From Antedon mediterranea (lineage: Eukaryota > Animalia > Echinodermata), in NCBI RefSeq assembly GCF_964355755.1, contig NC_092672.1, forward strand, positions 18,923,237 through 18,987,236: DNA of 64,000 nt, in the 5' to 3' direction. Shown here piece by piece: positions 1 to 12,186 of the stretch (positions are counted from its first letter, which is position 1; each line of letters starts with the position of its first letter). The position numbers and the translations under genes were made by a program. The notes beneath the pieces are model-generated. The model did not search any database. It saw only the letters and a program-made list of their open reading frames with translations, and was not told the origin of the DNA.

Positions 1-463
1 GGAATTAGGAGAGTACATCAGCACTTTCAATAATAATAAATACTAGATACTAGGTACTGTATTCACTAATTCTCGAAAAATTACTCACAACTTTGAGTGT
101 ACCGTTTATAACACCTGTACTCAAACTTTGCATTTTTACATGGCCACATTTTTCTTCCACATATGATTTAAGTGGAAGAGTATTTAAATGTTTTCTCCAT
201 AATATTAAGCAAATGTACTGGTTTTTGATAAAAACTATGGGCCTTGGTGCCTCTGAAATAGTAGGCCTTCTATTTCTGGCACCTTTATTCTTAGTTTTAA
301 CCAGAAACGTTCATGGCAAAGTCTATTTATATACTGTAGTCTGATAGCACATTTGACTGGACAGTTTAGAAGTGGTTCACTTATTCAATCAGTAGTGTTC
401 ACATTCTTTTTTCATAGGTAATTGAGGCAACATCCACCACCAGTATTATACATTGTATATTTA

Positions 464-3400
464 TCATAACTGTTCTGTTGACATTGATATCTTGCATAAC
501 CTTGCTAACATCCCAGCAAGTTGAAGTAATGAGTTCATTCCTTCTGTTATCTTCATATTAGTGAATCCAATTTCCTATGAAGCAAAAATGTAAAGGTTCT
601 CATAATTATATGAATTTAAGTTGTATACTTTAGATAATTTCGACACATTGTGCCCATTGCTTAGTAATGAGACTACCCATATTGACGGCCTGTTTAAAGT
701 ACAAAAACATGCTTTACATATTTGTGCAGGGCAATCTTATAGATCACATTTCAAACTAGAATGGCACTCCGAGAGTGCATACTGTACCTCCGCCTACTGT
801 AAAATTCTCCTACATGAATTTTCACCGGAAAAATGTTTTTTTTTATTTTCGTGTCTTAATAATGCTGTTTTTAAAAATCAAAAAACCTGTACATTAAATA
901 AAATTAGGTTTTAAAATTACAAATCACAAAGTATAACTCTTGCCTCTTGTACAAAAATAAAGTGTTTTGGAGAAGTAGTTCCTCGTGAAAATGTAATTTC
1001 AGTTTACTTTAAGACTGCTTACCAGCTTTTAAAAATTGTCTCCTATTTTTTAACAAAACAGGTCTGAAAATAATACTAGAAAGTGGTCCAGAATTGGGAC
1101 CTTGGTCCAGATTGCCTCTAAAGTTTAATGGAGTGGTATCTATCTGTATTTTTATTTTGGTAAAGATCTTGCAATAACTTTTTGAGTAATCTTGCTAACA
1201 AACAAACAGACAGACAAACACATGCGATCGACTGCATACACTTTGTTTAACGTTCGAAACATTTATGATTTGAATAAGCTACAGATAGCTTTGCTTATGT
1301 TTCGCTTATCTAAAAATAGTTTGCCTTCTCATGAATGTTCTCCATTTTAAATAAACTGCTGAAGGTCATAAACATAACAGTAGTATTTGGATAAATAATT
1401 TGATTTCTGATAAAGTGTGGTTCCCACTAGCGACGCAACACAAGGACGTAACGCAACACAAGTGAATTGACCAATCACAAGCGATGGCTTATTCGCTTGT
1501 GATTGCTAACTGTCTATAACTTCGCTTGTCATTGGTTAAAACGTTTGCCTTGCGTTACGTTCTAGTGGGAACCAAGCTTCAGTTGTTATTTAAGCCCCGT
1601 TGTAAATTTTTATGTTCGACCTAAGAGCTGGAGTGTTATTTCACACAAGTTAAAAAGTAAATTTACAGTCTCCAATTTTAAACACAATTACAGAAAGCAT
1701 TTAGTCTCTGAATGGGGGCGTGGATAAGTTGAGGTTGGAACTGTTAGGTATTTCAAGTAAACAATTTACTTCTGCTTACAATACTAGTTTACTTGAATTG
1801 AAGTTGAATCAAATTCCTTCATACTGATAACATACAAAAATATATAAATAAAGAATGGTTTAGATTATTTTACAATATTTTAAATAAAGAAAATACAAAC
1901 CTTGATAAATTCTAGTTTTAAAAACTCAGCCATATTGTGAGTTTTGCAGACACGAAAAATATTGCCTATGATGTCCTCTGATGCATAGCCTAAATGGTAG
2001 AAGTGAGCCATTATGGTGTAGGCCTCATCAATGTTGCCTGCTATGCAATGATCTAACATGTCTCGTATGGCAGACGGATGAGGCTCATCACAAACCTGTT
2101 ATAATAATGAACACACATGATTGAATTAAAAGTGTTCTGAGGTAGACATAATTACATGTCAAGTAAGTAATTCTTGGGTGGGACTCGAACCCACCAGCTC
2201 TAGATCACTAGCCTGGGACTCGAATCCACCAGCTCTAGATCACTAGCCTGGGACTCAAACCCACTAGCTCTATATCACTAGCCTGGCGTTTGTAAATCTA
2301 GACCACCGAGTTTGCACTGATGTCTAGGGGTTAGATTCGAGCCCAAGTAAAGCTTGCCTTGCGTTTTTTTGCGTGAAATTAAACTGATTTGATTTCCCGT
2401 AGCGTTGTTTGCAGCACTGTTACGTCGTCGGTTCCCACTTGTGATTACGCAATACAACACTTTGCATCAATACGTCGCTGCATTATGTTGCAGTCTAGTG
2501 GGAATCACGCTTTAGCAGCAGGTACTGCACTAACAGAATTGCAATTGTGGTCAACTACTGTGGAGTTTGGAGCTTGCAGCACGGAGTCAGATGTTTTTTC
2601 CTACTCTCATGTAATAAGTACATTGAGAACACTCGCCAACAATTTTTGGTGAAAGTAAATAACTATTATGTGAAATTAAAATGGCATATTCAACGAAAAC
2701 ATTAAAAAAATAGGGGGACAATATATCTTTAATGGTAATAAAATTGGTAATTATTGTAATGATATTTTATTGCAAATTAAATGATTAAATGTTATTATTG
2801 TTGAAAGTTATACTTTACATGTATATCTATTTTATCATGAAACTTAAAAACACAAAAGAGTAACAACATACATACCTTAAATACATTTTCTGGACTTACA
2901 TGCCCAAATCCTGAGTGGGTTGACTGGAGGTTGTTAAGTGCCTACAACAAATAAATATACATAAAATACTGCAAGATTTCATTGTTAACAGATGTAATGG
3001 GTTATTTAGGTTCTATTTCAAATAGAGAAGACACACAAAACTAAACAACTATTAATTCCAGCATACAATACAATACCAAATTCTTTTCAAAGAAAATGCA
3101 ATTTCTCTTTCTTTCTGACAAAGAAAAATTATAAACTGTCAGATATTTAAAATTACAGTCTCTCATCTCAGCTAAGCAGAACAATGCCTAAAAACTGTGT
3201 TGAGTTACTCCATCTTGGTAAGGTCCATGTAATACACCAATGTGTGATAGGGTATATATATATTCCACCTTTAATGCTCATTTTAGAGTGATAGGCCAAG
3301 GTCGGTTTATCCAGGTAATCTAGGCATAAAGTAAAGGTTAATTTTTACAATATTCTCTTTCACTTGATATTAAATTATGGAAATATGATTGCTCTACACT

Positions 3401-6400
3401 ATACCTGTCTCATATCACCTTGTGATGTAAAGATGATAGCTTCCAATCCCTCATCTGTATACGATATATTCTCTGCCTCACATACCTCTAATAATCGACT
3501 GAGGAGCTGAGCATCTGTAAGCTTTGAGTAACGCAGAACAGCACACCTGGATTGAATTGGCTCAATAATTTTATCAGAAGTATTACAGGCTAGCGCAAAG
3601 CGTGTTGTTTTGGAGTAGATCTCCATGGTACGTCTAAGTGCTTGTTGAGCGCCATCTGTCATACTGCAAATAATATTAATGTTTATTTTATTCCAATGAT
3701 GGTGTTACATTGAATTTCTTGGTTTTTGAATTTGCAGTTTAAGTTGACATTTGTTTTTAATATACTGTAAGTAATGTGTGAAGTGTATGATATGGATGCA
3801 ATTTAAAGATGAAATCAAGGATTTATGGATTCTGAATGGAACCAGAAACCAAACACAGTGAAATAACAATGGTAACAGGTATAAACAATTACTAAATATT
3901 AAACTTGTTCAACTTTTCCTGTGCAATTTACAATTGTGCAAGAAAAGCTGTTGCACAATTTAAAGTAATATTCCCAGTAGTCTAGTTGACAATTTACTCT
4001 AGAGAGAGACACAAGAGAACATCCACAGTATAAATGACTTAAGGCTGTAGGCCTATAGGCTTTTTGGTTATTTCTTTGACTAATTTACCTATCAGCTTCA
4101 TCGAGAATAACAATCTTTTGTCTTCCTATTGGTAAAGTCACTTTCTTCTGTGCAAACATTTTGATTTTGTTTCTTACAACATCAATACCTCTGAAAACAA
4201 AACAAAATGGTAGTAGTGTCATTAATGTTTCTGGAGGAAAAAAAAACCAATATTCTTTGACCAACACCTTATTACCAGCCTAAATTAACCTAGCCCATCA
4301 TTTGTGAAAAAATATAATTCTTGCAAGATACATCAAATGATATAAAGTATGAAGATAATTGGAATGGATTTTGGTAACCTTGTTTAAAAATTTTTTTTTA
4401 ATGCATTATTCAACTCACACTTTTCTGTGACTATTATTGAGTGGTTTTTTTTGTTTTTTGTTTTTTCGGTGGTGCTGCTCAAGTCAGCCTTTGCATTAGC
4501 AAATGTTAGTAACATGTGTTTTAACCTTTTACCAATTTTAGTTTGTGTCATCGTTTTGTGTATTGGATTAAAAAATAGCCCAAGGGGTGTACCACGCCAT
4601 CGCATTACTTTCACTACAATAACAATTTATGGATGAAATCATAATAACATCCGCTCCATGTAGAGTAACCCTGGCCCGATCTAATCTCCATCCACTGATA
4701 GTACCTAACCTAAGTCCATTCATCTAAGCTTCATGACAGATATATGTTGTTATTATTATTATTAAATATTATTATTGTGTATGGATGGTTAAATAATGTG
4801 ACTTTTTTAGTGATAATGTTATTTATTGTATTTACAGTACTCTATTATGAAAATGTATATGCACAAGAAAAACAAACATGCTACCTATCATTGGATGCAT
4901 TCAGTTCCAGAACACCTTCCTTGTAGGCTACTCCTAACAATTTTCGGGCCAAACACAGAATGCTTGTGGTTTTACCAGTTCCAGGAGGACCCTAGAAAAG
5001 ATCAACAATCAAATTAACACAGAATGCTTGTGGTTTTACCAGTTCCAGGAGGACCCTAGAAAAGATCAACAATTAAATTAACACAGAATGCTTGTGGTTT
5101 TACCAGTTCCAGGAGGACCCTAGAAAAGATCAACAATCAAATTAACACAGAATGCTTGTGGTTTTACCAGTTCTAGGAGGACCCTAGAAAAGATCAACAA
5201 TCAAATTAACATTGGTGCTTTGTCAATTCAATAACAAGGTATATACTATTTTGCAAGGTTTTTTATAGAATAATATAAAAACAAGATCGATTCAAACTAC
5301 AGTATAACTTCTTTATTACTGATTTTTTTTTTTGACAAAGAAAAATGAATGATAAAACCAAGATCCATAATAACATAAAATGCGGTAATGCATGCTATTT
5401 ATTGGAATATATTGCCAATGTATTAGCATGCATATAATTACAAAAGCATGTATCGTTACAAATGCTGGATCATACAGTATCTCCATGACAAGCACATAAG
5501 TTGCGAAAAAGATTGTGTACAAATTGATTAGGAAAATGTCCTGCACACATGGTTTTGCACTGTTCTGTAACCCGTCACCTACCAAACACTCTCTACAAAT
5601 TTCAAACAGTTAATAACCTTGTTCTATTCTTGTTTGTGTATTGTCCTCCACATATGGCATTATATAGTATGTCCAGTATCATAGGCAAATTCTGTAATAC
5701 AGCGTCACATATGTATCACATGTGGCAGCTGTACAAATTTACAGCATGTGTCTGGTAGAGTATTTAGTGCTAACTTTTAACGGTGTGTGACCGAAACGGC
5801 CGCCAATATTTTCTATGGGACACCGCCGCAGCTACAACAAGCCAATTGGTGTATTATGAACGTACATTAAAGCCTATGAAACCAACCAATATATGTTTAA
5901 GAATAAAATCTAAGAATAAACATATTTTTTTAGTTACGTTTCTATTAAAATAATGTTTATAGTCATTTACCATTCAAAGTGCAATATAAATTTTATTAAT
6001 GTATTAATAAAACAAATAATGTACGTCAATTATTGTAAAGTTAAATTTAGGCAAAACAAATATGAATGTACTGTAATAATATTTATATATATATGTTATG
6101 TAGTAAAGCTATTGTTATTTATTAGGTCCATAGTGAATTCAATAACATATGAAATTGTGTAATAATATTCAAACATGCTATATATGTATTAATATTATGC
6201 CAATAAAGCATTTTAAATAAAGTTGCGTCCTATTGTTTTACTATTATGTGTATCAACAACACCCTTCGCGGGGCTAATTGTTTTTAATTTATGTTACTAG
6301 ATGTTAGCGCATTAACCGTGCCTAGTCATATTATCTGTGGAGCTCCGCGTATCGGCGTCATTTAACATTTACATAAAGACAATAATTTATTATTTGCACA

Positions 6401-9400
6401 TAAAAATTCCATACACTTTTTGGTGCTTAAAATGTTTTTTTTTCCAAGTGAACATTACATTGTATACAATTATCAACATGAACGCTTGTATTGAATGCTA
6501 ACAACCTGTTATCGAGAATGAAGGACTACTGTGAGTGTGATAGATGGCAACATCGCAAGTGTGATAGTGGAGCATGGAGGTATTTTATACCTCCACGAGT
6601 GGAGTGAAGCGAGCAGAGTATTTAAGAGGAGTGGAAAATGTTATATTGAATGGAGTTGCCGACAATGTTCTGAAAATGATTTATTATACCATAAACATAT
6701 ACATAAATAATTAAAAACATATATCTGTTAATATTTATTAATTTACATGTCATAAGTCATTTCAATTTTTTTTTAAATGTAAAACAATTTTGTGTTGAAC
6801 CACACGTCGTTTGATTGCAGCAGCGTTTCATACACTTTAATTCAGTGTTTCAATTGGCAGCCGTTTCAGTTGGCGGCCATTTCACCGGGTTTCGATTGTA
6901 AACCCTTTTAACTATACTTACTGCAATGATGATATTTGGAACGTTGCCTTCTCGAGAGAACACTTCTAATCGGCTTACTGTTTCCTGGTTACCCATTACA
7001 TCTGACAGCTTGATTGGTCTATATTTCTCCACCCTAAATAAGAAAGATTATTTTTCAATACACAGGAGGGAGGATTAGGCCGGAACAGCATAAACAAATC
7101 TTTACCCACACTAGGATTAGCATTTTTTTTCCACAAAAATGAAAGCATTTTTTTAAAAAACTTAGGCTTTACATTTTTATCATTTATTTTTTGCACTACA
7201 ATACAATAGTGCTGTTTTCTCAATATATAAATATGTAATTAAATTAGAATGTTATAGCTAGGCCTATTTATTAGTTGATGATTATACAGTATGTGAACTT
7301 TATTCAATCAATCGTACATTTTTTTGGTATTATAATAACGTGTATTTACAGTGATTTTTACAAACAAATATTAATTATCTATAATATTATAGCACTAAGC
7401 CAAAATTTGTTCCTCTATCTCCTCTTAAACATCAAGTTCGATATTAGTGCCGAGCTGGGCCACCTTTTAATTCCACTTTATCCATTAGTCTATATTACAA
7501 TGGAAAATTTGTACGAAAAATGTGTTTTTTAGACCAATTTCTTTGCAACTGCCGAACGCTTGCGATCGGTAATCCTCGGCCATTTTCCTATGTCACAATT
7601 TGGTCACGCGGGCATTAGCAATATCGAGACAGCATGCAGCACACTTGTGTCATTAGCGCAGTGCAGCCGGCGTACCATTTCAAATGAACCTCAACGGCGG
7701 TAAGTACAATACGGTATGCTTGCTCATGTCTCTACCTCATGATTGTAGTACATTATTATGCTAACATTATGTTTGTTATTTTGGGGGGATTTTTTGTTCG
7801 TTTTATGTACTTTATTTTGTAGGGGTGCCATACACCATTTCAAATGAATCTCACGGGTGGTAAGTACAATACTGATATACTGTATTCTTGCTCATGTTTC
7901 TACCTATCTCATGCACGCTGCTAAACATAAGATTTAGCACCCTTTTCCAAACACCAAATGCAGTGATACTGTAACACTAGGCTAGGTTATGTTTCTTACT
8001 AATTAACATTTCTAAGCTTCTATAATAGGCAGTAATTGATGAATGCGGGATGATTCGGCCCAGGTGCGACGGGACGATTCGGCCCAGGTGCGACGGGACA
8101 ATTCGGCACACGTTCAGGTCGATGTAATGTCTGAGAAGATTATTATGCTATCATTATGTTTTGTTATTTTTTGTGGATTATTAATTGTCTGTTTTATGTA
8201 ATTTATTTTCAAGGGGTGTAGGCCTACAAGGAAGGAGAATATCAATCAGATTCAACTAAGTCACTGTTCTCCAGTGGAAAATAACATGACTATCTACGAT
8301 TATGAAATGCAGTATTATGCCCTATACAAAAATGTAAAATAACTGACATAACAATATTCATCAAAAAAATAATAACAAAAAAAAAAAGAAATACGATTTG
8401 TCCAAAAAGATAGTTTTAACAAGAAAGATTTTAATCATGTATTTTACCGCCATTTTACATTTGTACATTTTAATTAACATCATATCTAAAATTCAAATGA
8501 AAACAAATATGGTTAATACTGAATTCAAGTATCTTATTATGTAAATATAACTGTATTTTAACTACTTTAAACACTTACTTTAATTGTCACAAATGTACTT
8601 ATATGTATACAATATATTCATCACTGAGAATTTAAATAAACGTGAGATGAACTCGCACAAGACAAAAAAAAATAAAATAATAAACGTCTATTAATGTACC
8701 TCTCAGCACTATACATACATTTATAGATTTGTGTATGGGTAGTAACAAAGTGCGAGGCAGCGAGGCACGCGAAGCAGGGAAGGCATGCGAGGCAAGTCAG
8801 AAATTTATGCATCGTTTTACCATCATCAAAAAATGCGAGGCATCATTTTATCATTTCTCAAAATTGCAAGGCAGGAAATCACCGAAATTGAAGTAGCCTA
8901 GGCCTAGGCCCGCTAGGCTAGTTTCCTTTTGCACCTGCCTTGTATTTTAACCAACTTTATCCTGAATTACCACAGCTTAGAATTAGTAGGCCTACTTTAA
9001 TGAAGAAAAATCACATAAAAGTAACAATAAATCCATTAAATTGGTGATTTTACAGACGTTGTTTTTCTTGATTTCGCACACTCAATGTTCAATATTTTGG
9101 TTTCTATGGAACGCCAAAAGAGCAAAATTAATTAGAGGGCTAAAAAATCTGTGGAATCCATTTATATTTAACGCATTATTTGGTGAAAATCAAGTACAAT
9201 TTCAATAGATTTTGTCACTGTCAGTAAGGAAAAATGTTACTGTTGATAATGTACACGGTTTCGTTAACCTTTTAAAGAATAAAATAGAAAAATTCATCAT
9301 AATATCCTTAGTAGGATGTCCTAGGTCTAGACTAGGTAGTGATGTTGATTTAGGATCGATTATTATTCTTTGAAAACAGAACAGTATCAGCAGTAACATA

Positions 9401-11475
9401 TTACAGCATTTTTATTGACAAATTAACAAATATATTGAAATAAAACGTGTTTTTCACCAATAAATGCATGAGAAATTGATGCATTCCACTGAGTTTTAGT
9501 CCTCTATTATCGTTGCTCTTTTGGCGCTCCATAGAAACAAAAATATTGAACATTGAATAAGTGAAATTCGCGAACAGTGTGCGAGAAACACGCTTGTAAT
9601 TTGTAAAATCATTAATTTAAGGATTTATTTGTTACTTTTTATGTGATTCTTTCATTAAAGTACTCATGAGGTATACTTCTAAGGTGTGGTATTCACACGA
9701 TAAAGTTAGTTATCAAATTTGGAGTAAAAATACAAGCGAAGGAAACTAGCGCCAGGTTTATTAGTACGTACATGGACAACAATAAATAAAAATCGTTCGT
9801 AATATACCTAGCTTACTAAAACAGGAATAGTGTATCATTATTAAATATTACACCAATTATTATTATATCAAAATTGATTAAATTATTTTCTACATAGGCC
9901 TCTTATCTAGGTTAGGGCTAAGCATATTAGCTAAAGTTTAATTTTAGGCCTAGTATTACAATTGTCGGACGTAAGTCTTTTTTCACACGCGCTCCAGAAT
10001 TCTGTCGCAATTTTTTCTTTGCGGCATGTTATTGGATCGCCATATCAGTTACCTTTTATTCACCGCCAGTTATTGAACTTGTCCTGGCAATCGGTGTTCA
10101 CCTTATTTGCGAGAGAGGTACACGTGTTGTTCCTAGAGAATGGAATGTCAAAAATGTCTTTGGCACGCCGCTCAGAGAGAAGTCTGTGCGTTGCTGCTGA
10201 AACCACATGCTATAGGAGGGGAATGCACCACAATCCTCTGAGCTGAGGGCTGAATCATTCCGCTACCTGCTAAATAGTAAAGAGGGATTTTCCATCTCTC
10301 GGGTCTACCGGATCTAGGCGCAGGGGTGTGACAAAATATTATTTTCACTCTGCTATGTTCGAGAGACATGTGAGTGAACACGCTCGAAATGCCAACAAAC
10401 ATTGCAGTCATTTGATGAGTGTGTCGCTATAACAATTATTGTTTATCGAAAGTTGAAGACTGTCGTTCAGATTTTTGAACCATAGTTTGGGCACTTTTGT
10501 AAAAGAAAAATTTGACACGATATGACTTGAATGAAAAAACAATCGTACATAAAAATAAACAACATGATGAGTGTATACACGAATCTATTTAGATACGCTT
10601 TTATCGATTGATTATTAGGCCTATAATATAGCATAATAGCACGTTAAGATATGCCTCGCACCTTTTTGAAATTGTAAACTATATGCCTCGCATTTTTGGA
10701 AATGATAAAATGATGCCTCGCACAAATATTTGGCATGCCTCGCTTGCCTCGCTGCCTCGCACTTTGTCAACACTCGTAATGTATTGTACCAGGGAAGAGT
10801 GAACTTGGGTAACTGTTAGTAAAATATATACTGAACAGTGATTATTTACAGTAATGATAACAATAAAAATTAATTGAATTATAATATTGACTAATAAAAT
10901 ATTGAAAAAAAAAGTTGGTATTGATTGTTTTAGATTACGCTGATCAGATGTTACAGTTATTTTTATGTACAGCGCTTAGAGTTTGTTTCTGTCATTATGA
11001 AGGTGCTTTATAAATTTAATTTATTATTATTATTATTATAAAATACTGAATAAATACAAAGTTTCATTAGAGGTTTACAATCAATGGAAAAGATTACTGA
11101 TATAGAGAGAGGGCCACGACCGGCCCACAAGCCTCTTGCACCACTCATTTAGAGTGGTGTACGGTAAGTACCTTGAATTTACCTTGAATTCAAGGATCCT
11201 CCCTATCTAGTCAACATTAACGTAACTAAACTAGTCCTATTATAGTAGTTAGTAGTAGGCTAGGGCCTAGGCTAGACCTAGTAGGCCTACTACTACACTA
11301 TCTACACACACATGTGACATAGCCTTTTAGGCTAGCTAGGCCTACTACTAGGCCTAGAGGAGGCCTAGTCACAGACAGCGGTGTCACTGTGTTTGTGACT
11401 TTCTTACCATGGAATGTGTAAACCTGACTTTCCTGACATTTTAGAAGTACCTTCTTCAGTATTCTTAGTAGCCAT
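464..11475 (-). CDS. RFC2: Replication factor C subunit 2 (RFC 40 kDa clamp-loader subunit), 8 coding exons, 339 aa
   Basis: Exons (minus): 11408-11475, 6922-7033, 4885-4991, 4089-4190, 3405-3663, 2876-2941, 1901-2095, 464-574; all GT-AG with consistent phases, 1020 nt including TGA. Motifs: PWVEKYRP, Walker [36 protein letters not shown], Walker B DEAD, SRC motif (IQSRC), VCDEPHP. Confidence 0.96.
1419..1573. mobile_element. MITE with GGTTCCCACTAG terminal inverted repeats (related copies near 2390-2513 and 16093-16243)
   Basis: GGTTCCCACTAG...CTAGTGGGAACC, internal hairpin CAATCACAAGCGA/TCGCTTGTGATTG; similar termini recur twice in the window. Confidence 0.75.
2172..2330 (-). mobile_element. 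tRNA-derived SINE-like head with internal 35-bp x3 tandem duplication
   Basis: Minus strand: A-box-like GGTGGTCTAG, B-box GGTTCGAGTCCC; AGGCTAGTGAT(C/A)TAGAGCT..GGG unit three times. Confidence 0.55.
4952..5211. repeat. 64-bp x4 tandem repeat spanning the RFC2 intron 2/exon 3 boundary
   Basis: Unit AACACAGAATGCTTGTGGTTTTACCAGTTCCAGGAGGACCCTAGAAAAGATCAACAATCAAATT; period 64 checked at 4954/5018/5082/5146/5210. Confidence 0.97.
6566..6604. mobile_element. P-type transposon footprint: 25-bp CATGG palindrome with 7-bp TSD
   Basis: AGTGGAG + CATGGAGGTATTTTATACCTCCACG + AGTGGAG. Confidence 0.7.
8736..10776. mobile_element. About 2-kb non-autonomous DNA transposon with GCGAGGCA subterminal repeats (RFC2 intron 1)
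   Basis: Left ACAAAGTGCGAGGCAGCGAGGCA versus right TGCCTCGCTGCCTCGCACTTTGT; several inverted GCGAGGCA motifs at each end; TA on both flanks. Confidence 0.7.
8917..9750. mobile_element. Foldback element with about 270-300-bp imperfect inverted arms, nested in the 2-kb element
   Basis: 8917-9190 is the diverged reverse complement of about 9450-9750 (e.g. CAATGTTCAATATTTT / AAAATATTGAACATTG; GCTAGTTTCCTT / AAGGAAACTAGC). Confidence 0.8.
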
Positions 11476-12186
11476 AACTTTTGGGAATTTACAAGGGATT
11501 TGTATTTTTGTTACAGTACTAATAAACTAAGTTTCGCGCGATTTCCGCCGGACCGTACATGTTTTGTGATGGCGCCCTCAACAAACAGGGAATGCCTAGT
11601 GACATAAAAGAAAAAGAGGGTTCTTGTACTTATTTCGTGATAGTAGAGGTACGTATGTTAACCTTGACCCTGTCTTATATTGTTTCTTAATATAAAAAGT
11701 TATAACAAATTATAATTTTAAATTTAATAAAGTAAATTGTTTGCTTATTTCTTGTAATATTTGCAAACAATTTTATTTAAACCTCCTCCAACATAGTGGT
11801 GTGTTCCAAAAAAACCCAGGCACTTTTTTTTTGTGGCCAACCTGCAGGGTTTGTTTTGATTTTGGAAATGTAGAGTCTTTTGTGTTTGTTTTCTGGTGTG
11901 GAGAGTTATTTATGAAAGTTAGATCGTAGACAACTTTTCTTCAAAATTGTTTTTCTACCAACCACATTAAGTGCTTTTGTTAGCACTGCAGACGGGCAGC
12001 ATCCATTAATCAGCTAGCTACTTAACTTAGGCCTAGGCTAGGCCTATCTAAATTGGCCTAGCTAGCCTAGACTAGATCTAGCAGCTGGTTGTTTGAGGTT
12101 ATTCAAAACACATATTAAGAAAATAACAAATATTTTACAATATTTTCTATCTTTGACAATTCTTGAAGAAGGAACAGATATTGACA
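11476..12186. promoter_or_regulatory. Putative bidirectional promoter region between RFC2 and the SEC14L gene, with E2F consensus site TTTCGCGC at 11532-11539
   Basis: Divergent start codons about 710 bp apart. An exact TTTSSCGC match lies about 57 bp upstream of the RFC2 ATG in a small CpG cluster. Confidence 0.6.

Noticed and set aside
5770-6880. Possible 1.1-kb TIR element (AAACGGCCGCCAA / TTGGCGGCCATTT)
   Set aside because: Inverted match too short and no convincing termini or TSD.
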